Below, piece by piece: positions 1 to 9,414 of a stretch of 64,000 nt of DNA. Position numbers and translations under genes: made by a program. Each line of letters opens with the position of its first letter. Positions within the stretch are counted from its first letter, which is position 1. The notes beneath the pieces are model-generated. The model was not told where the DNA came from. It ran no database searches and saw only the letters and a list, made by a program, of their open reading frames with translations. Origin of the DNA: an uncultured Alphaproteobacteria bacterium (lineage in GTDB: Bacteria; Pseudomonadota; Alphaproteobacteria; Rhizobiales; Xanthobacteraceae); NCBI GenBank assembly GCA_963810255.1, contig CAWEMT010000003.1:784958-848957 (forward strand), in the 5' to 3' direction.

Positions 1-238
1 CCTTTCTGATCGCCCGCCAGATCAGCAAAAACACGATAGCGCCAATGGTGGCGCTGACCAGTTGGCCGATGAAATTGGCCTCGGGCACGATATGGAGCGC
101 ACCCAGGATGAGGCCGCCGACAATGGCGCCGATCAGGCCGACCGCCAGATTCCCCAATATACCGCCGCGCCCGCCGAGGATTTGATGCGCCAGCCAGCCG
201 GCGATGAGTTCGATGACGATCCAGACGATAATGCTCAT
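1..238 (-). CDS. GlsB/YeaQ/YmgE-family (transglycosylase-associated) small membrane protein, 3' end cut by window edge
   Basis: Not in the ORF track because it is open at the window edge. The reverse-strand ATG at 238 gives MSIIVWIVIELIAGWLAHQILGGRGGILGNLAVGLIGAIVGGLILGALHIVPEANFIGQLVSATIGAIVFLLIWRAIRK. The glycine-rich TM helices are typical of this family. Confidence 0.6.
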   Translation of the reverse strand, partial: MSIIVWIVIELIAGWLAHQILGGRGGILGNLAVGLIGAIVGGLILGALHIVPEANFIGQLVSATIGAIVFLLIWRAIRK

Positions 239-264
239 GAGTGTCCCCTCGTGCGATGCCGCTG

Positions 265-1320
265 TCACGCTGCCTTCGGCGGCATGCGGTGGTTCGGCGT
301 CGAATTGGAAATCTTCAACTCGTCATCGTTCATGTCGGTGCCGACGTCGGCGAACAGCGGCGTCGACAGATAGCGCTCGCCGGTGTCGGGCAGCATGGCG
401 AGAATGGTCGAGCCGGGCGCGGCACCCTTGGCGACTTCGAGCGCGCCGGCGAAGGTGGCGCCGGCGGTGATGCCGACAAAGATGCCTTCCTGCTGCGCCA
501 GCGCCTTCGAGTATTTCATGGCATCGGCGCCGGCGATGGTGACGATGCGGCTGATCACGCCCATGTCGACGGCGTCACCAGCGATCTTCGGAATGAAGTC
601 CGGGCTCCAGCCCTGCATCGGATGCGGCTTGAAGGCCGGATTGGCTTTGGCCGGCGAACCGTCGGCATTGCGCTCCTGCGGGGTGTGTGTGGACAGCATC
701 GGCGCGTCGGCCGGTTCGCAGACGACGATCTTGGTGTCGGGACGCTCTTTGGCGAGCACGCGCGCGACGCCTTTGAGCGTGCCGCCGGTGCCGAAGCCGG
801 TGACCCAATAATCGAGCTTCTCGCCTTTGAAATCGTCGACGATTTCGCGCGCCGTGGTGCGCGAATGAATGTCCGGGTTGGCCTCGTTCTCGAACTGACG
901 CGTCAAGAACCAGCCGTGCGTCTTGGCCAATTCCTGCGCCTTCTCAACCATGCCAAGGCCGCGTCCGGCCGCCGGCGTGAGCACCACCTTGGCGCCAAGA
1001 AAGCGCATCAGCTTGCGCCGCTCGACCGAGAAGGTCTCCGCCATGGTGACGACAAGCGGATAGCCTTTGGCGGCGCAGACCATGGCCAAGCCGATGCCGG
1101 TATTGCCGGAGGTGGCTTCGACCACCGTCTGGCCGGGTTTCAGCTCGCCGGATTTCTCCGCCGCCTCGATGACGCCGAGCGCTAAGCGATCCTTGACCGA
1201 GCCGAGCGGATTGAACGCTTCAATCTTGACGTAAAGATTGATGCCTTTCGGCGCCAGCGTGTTGATCTTGACCACCGGCGTGTTGCCAACGGTTCCGAGG
1301 ATGTTGTCGAACTTGGCCAT
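265..1320 (-). CDS. cysK: cysteine synthase A (O-acetylserine sulfhydrylase), long alphaproteobacterial form
   Basis: 351-aa ORF with the PLP-enzyme motifs NPLGSVKDR and SGNTGIGLA and overall CysK-like sequence. Confidence 0.85.
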   Translation of the reverse strand: MAKFDNILGTVGNTPVVKINTLAPKGINLYVKIEAFNPLGSVKDRLALGVIEAAEKSGELKPGQTVVEATSGNTGIGLAMVCAAKGYPLVVTMAETFSVERRKLMRFLGAKVVLTPAAGRGLGMVEKAQELAKTHGWFLTRQFENEANPDIHSRTTAREIVDDFKGEKLDYWVTGFGTGGTLKGVARVLAKERPDTKIVVCEPADAPMLSTHTPQERNADGSPAKANPAFKPHPMQGWSPDFIPKIAGDAVDMGVISRIVTIAGADAMKYSKALAQQEGIFVGITAGATFAGALEVAKGAAPGSTILAMLPDTGERYLSTPLFADVGTDMNDDELKISNSTPNHRMPPKAA

Positions 1321-1357
1321 CGGCGTTTCTCCCGGTTAATCGCCTTGCGTCGGCGAT

Positions 1358-2776
1358 CTACATATTCAACACGCGCCCGTAGGCATCGAGCACCGCTTCC
1401 TTCATCATCTCCGACAGCGTCGGATGCGGGAAGATGGTGTGCATCAACTCTTCCTCAGTCGTCTCCAGGTTCATGGCGACCACATAGCCCTGGATCAATT
1501 CGGTCACCTCGGCGCCGACCATATGCGCGCCGAGCAACTGGCCTGTCTTCTTGTCGAAGATAACCTTCACCAGGCCATGGTCCTCGCCCAGCGCGATCGC
1601 CTTGCCGTTGCCGATGAAGGGGAAGCGGCCGACGCGGATGTCGAACTTTTTCTCCTTGCAGGCCTGTTCGGTGAGGCCGACGGAAGCGACCTGCGGCGAG
1701 CAATAGGTGCAGCCCGGAATCATCAATCTGTTCATCGGGTGCGGATTAAGCCCCTTGATCGCCTCGACACAGACAACGCCCTCATGCTCGGCCTTGTGCG
1801 CCAGCATCGGCGCCCCGGAGACGTCGCCGATGGCGTAGATGCCGGCCACGCTGGTCTTGTTGAAGGGATCGACCACGATAATGCCGCGCTCGGTTTTGAC
1901 GCCGAGCTTTTCCAGCCCGAGATTTTCGATATTGCCGACGACGCCGACGGCGGAGATGACGCGCTCGACCTCGAGCGTCTGCGACTTGCCGCCCTCTTCG
2001 ATCGTCGCAACGACGCTGTCGGATTTCTTGTCGAGCTTGGTGACTTTGGCGCTGGTGTGGATCTTGATGCCCTGCTTCTCGAAACTCTTGCGCGCGAAGG
2101 TCTGAATCTCCTGGTCCTCCACGGGGAGGATTTGCGGCAGCACCTCGACCACGGTGACGCCGGAGCCGAGCGTGCGGAAGAACGAGGCGAACTCGATGCC
2201 GATGGCGCCGGAGCCGACCACCAAAAGCGACTTCGGAATGCGGTCGGGCACCATGGCCTCGAAATAGGTCCAGATCAGCTTCTTGTCAGGCTCGATACCG
2301 GGCAGCACGCGCGGGCGCGCGCCGGTAGCGATGATGATGTGTTTGGCCTGATAGGCGCCTGCGCCGAGCGCGCCTTTCGGCGCCTCGCTCTTTGACGCTT
2401 TCACCGTCACCTTGCCGGGCGCATCGATCACCGCCTCGCCCCAGATCACGGCAACCTTGTTCTTCTTCATCAGGAAGCCGACGCCGTCATTGAGGCGCTT
2501 CGCCACAGCGCGCGAGCGCTTGACCACCGCCGCTGGATCGAAACCGACATTGTCGGCTTTCAGCCCGTAGTCCTTGGCGTGTTGCATGTAGTGGAAGATC
2601 TCGGCCGAGCGCAGCAGCGCCTTGGTCGGAATGCAGCCCCAATTGAGGCAAATGCCGCCGAGATAATCGCGCTCGATAATCGCCGTCTTGAAGCCGAGCT
2701 GGGCCGCGCGGATGGCGGCGATATAGCCGCCGGGGCCGGAGCCGATGATGAGGACGTCGAAGGAAGTATCCGCCAC
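1358..2776 (-). CDS. lpdA: dihydrolipoyl dehydrogenase (E3)
   Basis: 472 aa. It has the FAD-binding motif GSGPGGY and the redox disulfide GGICLNWGCIPTK, and sits in the PDH cluster. Confidence 0.92.
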   Translation of the reverse strand: MADTSFDVLIIGSGPGGYIAAIRAAQLGFKTAIIERDYLGGICLNWGCIPTKALLRSAEIFHYMQHAKDYGLKADNVGFDPAAVVKRSRAVAKRLNDGVGFLMKKNKVAVIWGEAVIDAPGKVTVKASKSEAPKGALGAGAYQAKHIIIATGARPRVLPGIEPDKKLIWTYFEAMVPDRIPKSLLVVGSGAIGIEFASFFRTLGSGVTVVEVLPQILPVEDQEIQTFARKSFEKQGIKIHTSAKVTKLDKKSDSVVATIEEGGKSQTLEVERVISAVGVVGNIENLGLEKLGVKTERGIIVVDPFNKTSVAGIYAIGDVSGAPMLAHKAEHEGVVCVEAIKGLNPHPMNRLMIPGCTYCSPQVASVGLTEQACKEKKFDIRVGRFPFIGNGKAIALGEDHGLVKVIFDKKTGQLLGAHMVGAEVTELIQGYVVAMNLETTEEELMHTIFPHPTLSEMMKEAVLDAYGRVLNM

Positions 2777-2829
2777 TGAGCGTCTCCGCTGAACCGGGCC
2801 CTACCGTCTCCCATATGGGAATGCTTCAA

Positions 2830-3045
2830 TCAAGTCACACGCCGCGCGCTCCGTTTCTTGCGAATCCACCATTCGAAGGCGATCAGCAGCATGAGGACCA
2901 GAAAGACGCCGGAGACGATCGGCTGCCATATATTGCGCGACAACTGCTCGCCGGAGACAAACGCCGCGTAGATCAATTCCTGGCCGAGCGGATTCAGAAC
3001 GACGATTGCCGCCAATATCATGCTGATCCAGGGCCATCGTTTCAT
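2830..3045 (-). CDS. small two-TM membrane protein, hypothetical
   Basis: 71-aa ORF with two hydrophobic helices and a basic C-terminus (WWIRKKRSARR). It lies co-directionally inside the PDH cluster. Confidence 0.45.
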   Translation of the reverse strand: MKRWPWISMILAAIVVLNPLGQELIYAAFVSGEQLSRNIWQPIVSGVFLVLMLLIAFEWWIRKKRSARRVT

Positions 3046-3071
3046 GTGGGAACCGGCGGGCTTTACCGCGA

Positions 3072-3611
3072 TTACTTGGCCATTCGGACGCAGTCGTTAT
3101 TCATGGCAACGAACATTGGATCGGTGCGGTCGAACCGCTTGTGCAAATCGGCCATTGAAAGCTTTGGCGCTTCGTCGAGGATCTTATCCAGCTCCGCCGA
3201 CAAATGCGTATAGCGCTCGCGCGCGTCCGGATGCAGATTGGCCAGATAGGTGGCGAGCGAGACATACTTAATGAACGCGCTGTCGGCATTATTTCGGGCC
3301 GCCGTCATATCGACTGCTTCACCCTTGCGCGACCGCTCGCCAACTTGGCTGAGAAGCTTCGCCTTGAATTGCACCTCCGCGTGCGCTTCCAGAATCTCCT
3401 TGCAGGTCCGCATCGATTCGGCGCGCGCAAGATTGTGCTGGATGAAATCGACAAATCGACTGTTGAGATAGCCGTTGTAGATCGATGTGACGAGCGAGAG
3501 CGCCGCGATGAACATCGGAAAATAGACGACGATGGCGGTGCGGACCCTGGTCTCGCGTTCGCTCATGGCCGCCGGCTCATCATGTCTGGCGCGTGTTTTC
3601 AAATTTACCAA
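3072..3611 (-). CDS. hypothetical membrane-anchored protein
   Basis: 179-aa ORF. The start could instead be the internal Met at 3566 (MSERETR...). It has one N-terminal TM helix (AIVVYFPMFIAALSLVTSIY) followed by a helical soluble domain. GC is visibly lower (about 55%) than the flanks. I recognise no family. Confidence 0.5.
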   Translation of the reverse strand: MVNLKTRARHDEPAAMSERETRVRTAIVVYFPMFIAALSLVTSIYNGYLNSRFVDFIQHNLARAESMRTCKEILEAHAEVQFKAKLLSQVGERSRKGEAVDMTAARNNADSAFIKYVSLATYLANLHPDARERYTHLSAELDKILDEAPKLSMADLHKRFDRTDPMFVAMNNDCVRMAK

Positions 3612-3638
3612 TGTTTACACGGCCCTTTCGCCAAGCCT

Positions 3639-3953
3639 TCAGGGCGCGCAGTGCTTGTCGCCGACCTCGACACGCGCGACGCGCGAGGGACCGGCGATCG
3701 GTTGTCCAACCGGCCCCTTGGCACCTTCGCGGATCACCTTCGCTGCGATCGAGCACTTCCCGGCGCGCACGATATAGCTTCCGCCGCCGGTGCGCTCGAC
3801 GACGTCGACCACGCCGAGCAGGCCGGGAATCGCGGATTGGCTCGTCACCGCTGCAAAGTCCTGCCAGGTCGTGTATTGCGGCGCCAGCTCGGCGATGGCG
3901 GGTGACACGCCCAGCAGTAAGACCAGCGCCAAAAGGGTACGGGCAGCAGACAT
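3639..3953 (-). CDS. small secreted protein, hypothetical
   Basis: 104 aa with a signal peptide MSAARTLLALVLLLGVSPAIA/EL and two Cys in the mature part. Confidence 0.5.
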   Translation of the reverse strand: MSAARTLLALVLLLGVSPAIAELAPQYTTWQDFAAVTSQSAIPGLLGVVDVVERTGGGSYIVRAGKCSIAAKVIREGAKGPVGQPIAGPSRVARVEVGDKHCAP

Positions 3954-3975
3954 TGACGGCTCCTTTCGGCGCTGA

Positions 3976-5367
3976 TCACACCACCATCATCACCGGGTTC
4001 TCGATCAGCGCCTTGAAGGCGACAATCAACTTGGCGCCGAGCGCGCCGTCGACGGCGCGGTGATCGCAGGACAGCGTCACGCTCATGATGGTGGCGACGG
4101 CCAGTTGGCCGTTGCGCACCACCACGCGCTCCTCTGCGGTGCCGACCGCGAGGATGGTGGACTGCGGCGGATTGATCACGGCGGTGAAATCCTTAATCCC
4201 ATACATGCCGAGGTTCGACACTGAACTGGTGCCGCCCTGATATTCGTGCGGCTTGAGCTTGCGGCCCCGTGCGCGGGCGGCGAGATCGCGCATCTCGTTG
4301 GAGATGGCGGAGAGCGACTTCGCCTCGGCGCTGCGCACGATCGGCGTGATCAGCCCGCCGGGCAGCGCCACCGCCACGCCAATGTCCGAATGCCTGTGCT
4401 TGAGCATGCCGGCGTCGGTCCACGACACGTTGGCGTCCGGCACGCGCTGCAACGCCAGCGCCAGCGCCTTGATGACGAAGTCGTTGACCGAGAGCTTGTA
4501 GGCCGGTTTGCCGTCTTTATCCTTGGGCGCGGCGGCGTTGATCTCCTCGCGCGCGGCGGTGAGCTTGCCGACGTCGCAGTCCATGGTCTCGTAGAAATGC
4601 GGGATCGTTTGCACCGAGGCGGTCAGCCGTTGCGCGATGGTGCGGCGCATGCCGTCATGCGGCACAAAGTCGTAGGAGCCCTCCTCGTAGAGCGAGCGGA
4701 TCTGCTTGTCGGACATTGACGGGATGGCCGGACCTGCCGCTAGGGCTGCTCCGCCCGGGGCGCGCAGGCCCTTGCCGGATTTTGCCGCGTCGATGTCGCG
4801 CGCGATCACGCGCCCGTGCGGACCCGAGCCCTGCACACGATTGAGATCGATGCCGGCGTCTTTCGCCAGTCGGCGCGCGAGCGGAGACGAGAAGACGCGG
4901 TTCCCATGCGAGGCCTGCACCCCACCTGGCGCGGCTTGCGCCGCGCCACCCTCCCCACTGCGTAGGGAGGGATTGGAGACTGCCGCGGGAGCGCTTATCC
5001 CTCCCCCCTTGGGGGAGGTTGGCGGCGAAGCCGCCGGGCGGGGGGCGCTCTCGGCTTTTTTCTCCGGCGCTTTGGTTGGCGCCGGCGCGCTTTGCGCCGC
5101 GCTTGCAGCCGCCTTCACATCTTCGCCCTCGGCGGCAAGTACGGCAATGACCGCATTCACCGCCACATCTTGCGTGCCCTCCGGCACCACAATCTTGGCC
5201 AGCGTGCCGTCCTCGATCGCCTCGTATTCCATCGTGGCCTTGTCGGTCTCAATCTCGGCGATGACGTCGCCGGTCCTGACCGCGTCGCCTTCCTTCTTTA
5301 GCCATTTGGCGAGGTTACCCTTCTCCATCGTGGGCGACAGCGCCGGCATGAGGATGTTGGTGGGCAT
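3976..5367 (-). CDS. pdhC: pyruvate dehydrogenase E2, dihydrolipoamide acetyltransferase
   Basis: 463 aa. It has an N-terminal lipoyl domain (ETDKATME), an E3-binding domain (SPLARRLAKDAGIDL) and the catalytic C-terminus DHRAVDG. Confidence 0.92.
   Translation of the reverse strand: MPTNILMPALSPTMEKGNLAKWLKKEGDAVRTGDVIAEIETDKATMEYEAIEDGTLAKIVVPEGTQDVAVNAVIAVLAAEGEDVKAAASAAQSAPAPTKAPEKKAESAPRPAASPPTSPKGGGISAPAAVSNPSLRSGEGGAAQAAPGGVQASHGNRVFSSPLARRLAKDAGIDLNRVQGSGPHGRVIARDIDAAKSGKGLRAPGGAALAAGPAIPSMSDKQIRSLYEEGSYDFVPHDGMRRTIAQRLTASVQTIPHFYETMDCDVGKLTAAREEINAAAPKDKDGKPAYKLSVNDFVIKALALALQRVPDANVSWTDAGMLKHRHSDIGVAVALPGGLITPIVRSAEAKSLSAISNEMRDLAARARGRKLKPHEYQGGTSSVSNLGMYGIKDFTAVINPPQSTILAVGTAEERVVVRNGQLAVATIMSVTLSCDHRAVDGALGAKLIVAFKALIENPVMMVV
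4949..5018. repeat. pair of C/G-tract hairpins embedded in frame in the pdhC linker
   Basis: ccctccc-N9-gggaggg (4949-4971) and cctccccc-ctt-gggggagg (5000-5018). They encode SPPTSPKGGGISAPAAVSNPSLRSGEGG within the otherwise Ala/Pro/Lys-rich linker. Confidence 0.55.
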
Positions 5368-5376
5368 CGCTGCGCG

Positions 5377-6789
5377 CTACCGGTAGCTGACGGCTTTGGC
5401 CGCCTCGACCACCTCGGCGACAGAAGGCAGCGCAAGCTTTTCCAGATTGGCGGCGTAAGGCATCGGCACGTCCTTGCCGGTGACGCGCGCGACCGGCGCA
5501 TCGAGGTAATCGAAGGCCCGTTCCATTAGCCGCGCCGCGATTTCGGCGCCGACGCCGGATTGCGCCCAGCCCTCTTCCACGGTCACGCAGCGGCCGGTCT
5601 TCTGCACCGAGGCGACGACGGTATCGATGTCCATCGGCTTGAGCGTGCGCAGATCGATCACTTCGGCGTCGATGCCCTCACCTACCAATTCTTCGGCGGC
5701 TTTGAGCGCATAAGACATACCCATCGACCAGGCGACAATGGTCACGTCATTGCCGGCGCGTGCGATCTTGGCCTTGCCGATCGGCAGCACAAAGTCATCG
5801 AGCTTCGGCACCGGCGAGGAATGGCCGTAGAGGATTTCGTTTTCCAGGAAAATCACCGGGTTGGGATCGCGGATCGCCGCCTTCAGCAGGCCCTTGGCGT
5901 CGGCGGCGGTCGAGGGCGCGATCACCCTGAAGCCCGGAATGTGCGAATACCAGGAGGAATAGTCCTGGCTGTGCTGGGCGGCGACGCGCGCCGCTGCCCC
6001 GTTCGGCCCGCGGAACACGATCGAGCAGCCCATCTGTCCGCCCGACATATAGAGCGTCTTCGCCGCCGAATTGACCAGATGATCCATCGCCTGCATGGCG
6101 AAATTGAAGGTCATGAATTCGACAATCGGTTTTAAGCCCGCGAGGGCGGCGCCGACGCCGAGGCCGGCAAATCCATGCTCGGTGATCGGGGTGTCGATGA
6201 CGCGTTTTGCCCCGAACTCCTGCAGAAGTCCTTGCGTGACTTTGTAGGCGCCCTGATATTCGGCGACCTCCTCGCCCATCACGAACACATCCTTGTCGCG
6301 GCGCATCTCCTCGGCCATGGCGTCGCGCAACGCTTCGCGCATGGTCATGCTCACCATCTCGGTGCCTTCGGGGATGTCGGGATCGGCGGCGGCTTTGACG
6401 TCTGGCGCTTGCGGCGCCTTCTGTGGTTTGGCAACAGGCGCAGCCGGGACTTTCGCTTCGGCTTTTTCTGACTTCACCGGCGGTGCTGATTCGGCGGCTT
6501 TCTGCTGCGGCGCAGGCTTGGCATCCTTGATGGCGGAGGCGTCTTCGCCGTCGTTGAGGATCACCGCGATCGGCGTATTCACGGCGACGTCAGCGGTACC
6601 TTCCGGAATGAGAATTTTGCCGAGCGTGCCCTCGTCCGCCGCTTCGACCTCCATGGTCGCCTTGTCGGTCTCGATCTCGGCGATCACATCGCCGGATTTG
6701 ATCGCGTCGCCCTCCTTCTTCAGCCACTTCGCAAGATTGCCCTTCTCCATCGTGGGCGACAGCGCGGGCATCAGCACATTGGTCGGCAT
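5377..6789 (-). CDS. pdhB: pyruvate dehydrogenase E1 beta subunit with N-terminal lipoyl domain
   Basis: The ORF is open from 6822. I prefer the Met at 6789 ([18 protein letters not shown]) because it matches the pdhC N-terminus. A lipoyl domain followed by a transketolase-like E1 beta core is the usual alphaproteobacterial architecture. Confidence 0.9.
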   Translation of the reverse strand: MPTNVLMPALSPTMEKGNLAKWLKKEGDAIKSGDVIAEIETDKATMEVEAADEGTLGKILIPEGTADVAVNTPIAVILNDGEDASAIKDAKPAPQQKAAESAPPVKSEKAEAKVPAAPVAKPQKAPQAPDVKAAADPDIPEGTEMVSMTMREALRDAMAEEMRRDKDVFVMGEEVAEYQGAYKVTQGLLQEFGAKRVIDTPITEHGFAGLGVGAALAGLKPIVEFMTFNFAMQAMDHLVNSAAKTLYMSGGQMGCSIVFRGPNGAAARVAAQHSQDYSSWYSHIPGFRVIAPSTAADAKGLLKAAIRDPNPVIFLENEILYGHSSPVPKLDDFVLPIGKAKIARAGNDVTIVAWSMGMSYALKAAEELVGEGIDAEVIDLRTLKPMDIDTVVASVQKTGRCVTVEEGWAQSGVGAEIAARLMERAFDYLDAPVARVTGKDVPMPYAANLEKLALPSVAEVVEAAKAVSYR

Positions 6790-6827
6790 GGGTGATACTG
6801 CTTGTTCGATAGACCGCGGCATTGTTT

Positions 6828-6876
6828 GCGCATGATCTTATCCGAAAACCGGTCCCCACTTTTCGGGATCATGCGC
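6828..6876. repeat. REP/MITE-like palindromic element, family B (translates as HDPEKWxPVFG)
   Basis: gcgcatgatc..tccgaaaaccggtccccacttttcgg..gatcatgcgc, with 10-bp terminal inverted arms plus an inner stem. It lies in the pdhA-pdhB spacer. A near-identical copy is at 12611-12659. Confidence 0.8.
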
Positions 6877-6878
6877 GG

Positions 6879-7925
6879 TCAGCGATAGACGTCGGTATAA
6901 AGTTCGGACGCGTCCGGCTCCGGATCGTGGGTAGCGAATTCCGACGCCGCATTGATGAGATCGCGCACTTCGCCGTCGATTTTCTTCAACTCGTCTTCCT
7001 TGGCGAATTGCTTCTCCAAAATGCGCGCACGCGCCATGTCGATCGGATCGTGGTGCGAGCGCACCTCGTCGACCTCCTCGCGCGTTCGATATTTTGCCGG
7101 GTCGGACATCGAGTGCCCGCGATAGCGGTAGGTGAGCATTTCCAAAATGTAGGGCCCCTTGCCGGCGCGGCACCAGGCGATGGCCTTGGCGCCGGCGGCA
7201 TTGACCGCGCGCACATCCATGCCGTCCACCTGCTCGCCGGGGATGTTGAACGAGAGGCCGCGCTTGGACAGGTCGGTCGTCGCCGAAGAACGTGTGATCG
7301 CCGTACCCATGGCGTAGCGATTGTTCTCGATCACATAGACCACCGGCAGCTTCCACAGCTCGGCCATGTTGAAGCTTTCATAGACCTGGCCCTGGTTGGA
7401 GGCGCCGTCGCCGAAATAGGTGATGCAGACGTGATCGTTGCCGCGATAGTGATTGGCAAAGGCGAGCCCCGTCCCGATCGGCACCGGCGCGCCGACGATG
7501 CCGTGCCCGCCGTAAAACCCTTTTTCCACGCTGAACATGTGCATGGAGCCGCCCTTGCCCTTGGAATAGCCGTGGGTGCGGCCGGTCAATTCCGCCATCA
7601 CACCCTTGGGGTCCATGCCGCAGGCGATCATGTGGCCATGGTCGCGATAGCCGGTGATCACCTCGTCACCCTGCTTGAGCGCCATCTGCATGCCGACCAC
7701 GACGGCTTCCTGCCCGATGTAGAGATGGCAGAAGCCGCCGATCAGTCCCATGCCATACATCTGGCCCGCCTTCTCCTCGAAGCGGCGGATGGTCAGCATG
7801 GATCGGTAGGCGGAAAGCTCCTGCTCCTTGCTGAATTCGGCGACCGCCGCCGCCTCCGCAGCCGTCAGGTGCGCTTCGAAACTCGGAGCTTTCTCGGCAA
7901 CCGCCATGGGAATATTTCCGGGCAA
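6879..7925 (-). CDS. pdhA: pyruvate dehydrogenase E1 alpha subunit
   Basis: 348 aa with a ThDP-binding region (YFGDGASNQG) and typical E1 alpha sequence. Confidence 0.92.
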   Translation of the reverse strand: MPGNIPMAVAEKAPSFEAHLTAAEAAAVAEFSKEQELSAYRSMLTIRRFEEKAGQMYGMGLIGGFCHLYIGQEAVVVGMQMALKQGDEVITGYRDHGHMIACGMDPKGVMAELTGRTHGYSKGKGGSMHMFSVEKGFYGGHGIVGAPVPIGTGLAFANHYRGNDHVCITYFGDGASNQGQVYESFNMAELWKLPVVYVIENNRYAMGTAITRSSATTDLSKRGLSFNIPGEQVDGMDVRAVNAAGAKAIAWCRAGKGPYILEMLTYRYRGHSMSDPAKYRTREEVDEVRSHHDPIDMARARILEKQFAKEDELKKIDGEVRDLINAASEFATHDPEPDASELYTDVYR

Positions 7926-8062
7926 ACGTCGGTAGGCCTAAGCGACCCCAATAGCTTAAATCGTCGAGAGGCGAAAGCGCGAGGCTGCCGGCCAGGATTG
8001 CGGCAAAATCGACAGAATATTTAGCGGAAAAGTAGGGTCGCAGGCGGCTAAAAAGTTCGCCG

Positions 8063-8389
8063 CTAGCGAGGATTTAGCAACAATGTAAGGTCGCGGGGGT
8101 CGGCGTAGCCCAGGAGCACACGGGCGCGTTCGTCCAGCATGTCCGGGTCGATCTTGTCGGAGCGGAGCAGCGACACCCGTTTTTCCCACAGTGCGCGTTC
8201 GGTCTTCAGTTCCTTGAGCTCGGCCTGCATGCTCTCCGTCTGCTTGTCGAGGTCGGCTTGCGCGCGCAGACCGTGATTGCCGCTGAAAGCATTGGCCGCG
8301 AAATAGCCGACGAACAGCGCGGCGAAGCTGTACAGCGCGAGCGCGGTCAGGACGGTGCGGCGGCGGCGATGGATGACCATAGCTTCCAA
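8063..8389 (-). CDS. ftsB: septum formation initiator family protein (FtsB/DivIC-like)
   Basis: 108 aa with an N-terminal TM helix followed by a coiled coil. It occupies the conserved position upstream of pdhA in alphaproteobacteria. Confidence 0.75.
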   Translation of the reverse strand: MEAMVIHRRRRTVLTALALYSFAALFVGYFAANAFSGNHGLRAQADLDKQTESMQAELKELKTERALWEKRVSLLRSDKIDPDMLDERARVLLGYADPRDLTLLLNPR

Positions 8390-8446
8390 CCATGCTGGAA
8401 TCGCGTTAAGGCGGTTTTAATGGCGACAACTGGCCTTTCCGTCGTC

Positions 8447-8594
8447 ATGCGCGGGCTTGACCCGCGCATCCCGCTTGGGGACGCAATGCCTACCTAAGCG
8501 AGATGGCATCGGAAGTCGGGCTTGCCCGACTTCCGCAGCGTTGGTCATCCCAAGTCGGGTACACCCGACTTGGGGTGACAAGCCCGGCCATGAC
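8447..8594. repeat. composite cluster of REP-like hairpins
   Basis: Three perfect 9-bp-stem hairpins: atgcgcggg/cccgcgcat (8447-8469), gaagtcggg/cccgacttc (8512-8533) and caagtcggg/cccgacttg (8551-8572). A half-copy of family A (gacaagcccggccatgac) follows. Confidence 0.75.
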
Positions 8595-8610
8595 AAACAC
8601 CATACTCAGC

Positions 8611-9414
8611 CTAGACCCGCTGCCTGATCTCGTTGAGCACGAAGTTCCCAAGACGCTTGCCGCGGTTGCGCAGGACCTTCAACAATCCCTGATCGACGAA
8701 ATAAGTCAGCAGGATGGAATCGCGGCTCTTTACGCGGTCATGCACCGGATCGGCCGAGTGCCAGGTGTTGTCCCCCACCGCGAAGGCATAGCCGGTGTTC
8801 GGCGCGAACCTCATCTGCGTCGCCTTTGGCTTGGAGCCGTCCGGCAAGACGTCGTGGAAGATGGTGCCGATATCGGTGTTGGCGTCGTCCGCGGGCAGAT
8901 AGAGCTGGACGGTGATGCCCTTCCAGCGCGTATCGGTGTGCGGCGTGATTAGATAGCCGGGGATGTCGCGGGTCAGGATCGGAATCGGATACATGCCGAC
9001 TGAAACGAAGTCCTTGCCGAAGCGTTTCGACAATCCGGGCGCCAGTCGACGGAGGAAGGCTTGGCGCACTTTGTCCGAGCACAGCGCGCGGCCGACCACG
9101 TCCCACAGCGCGCGCTTCTGCGCCGGCAGGTTGCGGATGTATTCCGGGAACAGGTCGATCTTCACCCGCGTATGGGTGCCGTCGGTCAGATCGTGGCCTT
9201 TGCTGCGGCCGTGCATCGGCCGGTAGTCCGTCGCCTCCGGCTTCAGCGCCAAAATTTGCGCGTAGACGTCTTCGGGAAACACGCGGTCGAATTCGAGATG
9301 GAAGAACGGCTTCTCGACCGCGCGCGCGGCGTCGACCGACTGCGCGATGAAGTCGGCCAGCCGCTCGACGGCGCGGCGGCGGTCGTAAGTCGAGGGTGAA
9401 GTTGTTTGATCCAT
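8611..9414 (-). CDS. hypothetical protein, possibly 2OG-Fe(II) oxygenase-like
   Basis: The 337-aa track ORF runs into eno. The first Met downstream of the eno stop is at 9414 (MDQTTSPS..., 267 aa). A possible HxD...H iron triad (PHTDTRW ... NTWHSA) is seen. The family assignment is tentative. Confidence 0.5.
   Translation of the reverse strand: MDQTTSPSTYDRRRAVERLADFIAQSVDAARAVEKPFFHLEFDRVFPEDVYAQILALKPEATDYRPMHGRSKGHDLTDGTHTRVKIDLFPEYIRNLPAQKRALWDVVGRALCSDKVRQAFLRRLAPGLSKRFGKDFVSVGMYPIPILTRDIPGYLITPHTDTRWKGITVQLYLPADDANTDIGTIFHDVLPDGSKPKATQMRFAPNTGYAFAVGDNTWHSADPVHDRVKSRDSILLTYFVDQGLLKVLRNRGKRLGNFVLNEIRQRV

Noticed and set aside
241-1185. 314-aa plus-strand ORF, representative of many long ORFs lying antisense to recognisable genes. 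Others are 1424-2395, 6822-8024, 12787-13821, 18885-20213, 21154-22152, 22826-23653, 28582-29493, 30327-31268, 32060-32806, 44518-45273, 48169-49125, 54307-55635, 57636-58667, 58369-59625, 59285-60211 and 60282-60989.
   Set aside because: Each lies opposite a gene with unmistakable conserved motifs. Their translations are Arg/Ala/Gly/His-rich low-complexity sequence, typical of shadow ORFs in GC-rich DNA. None has a recognisable family.
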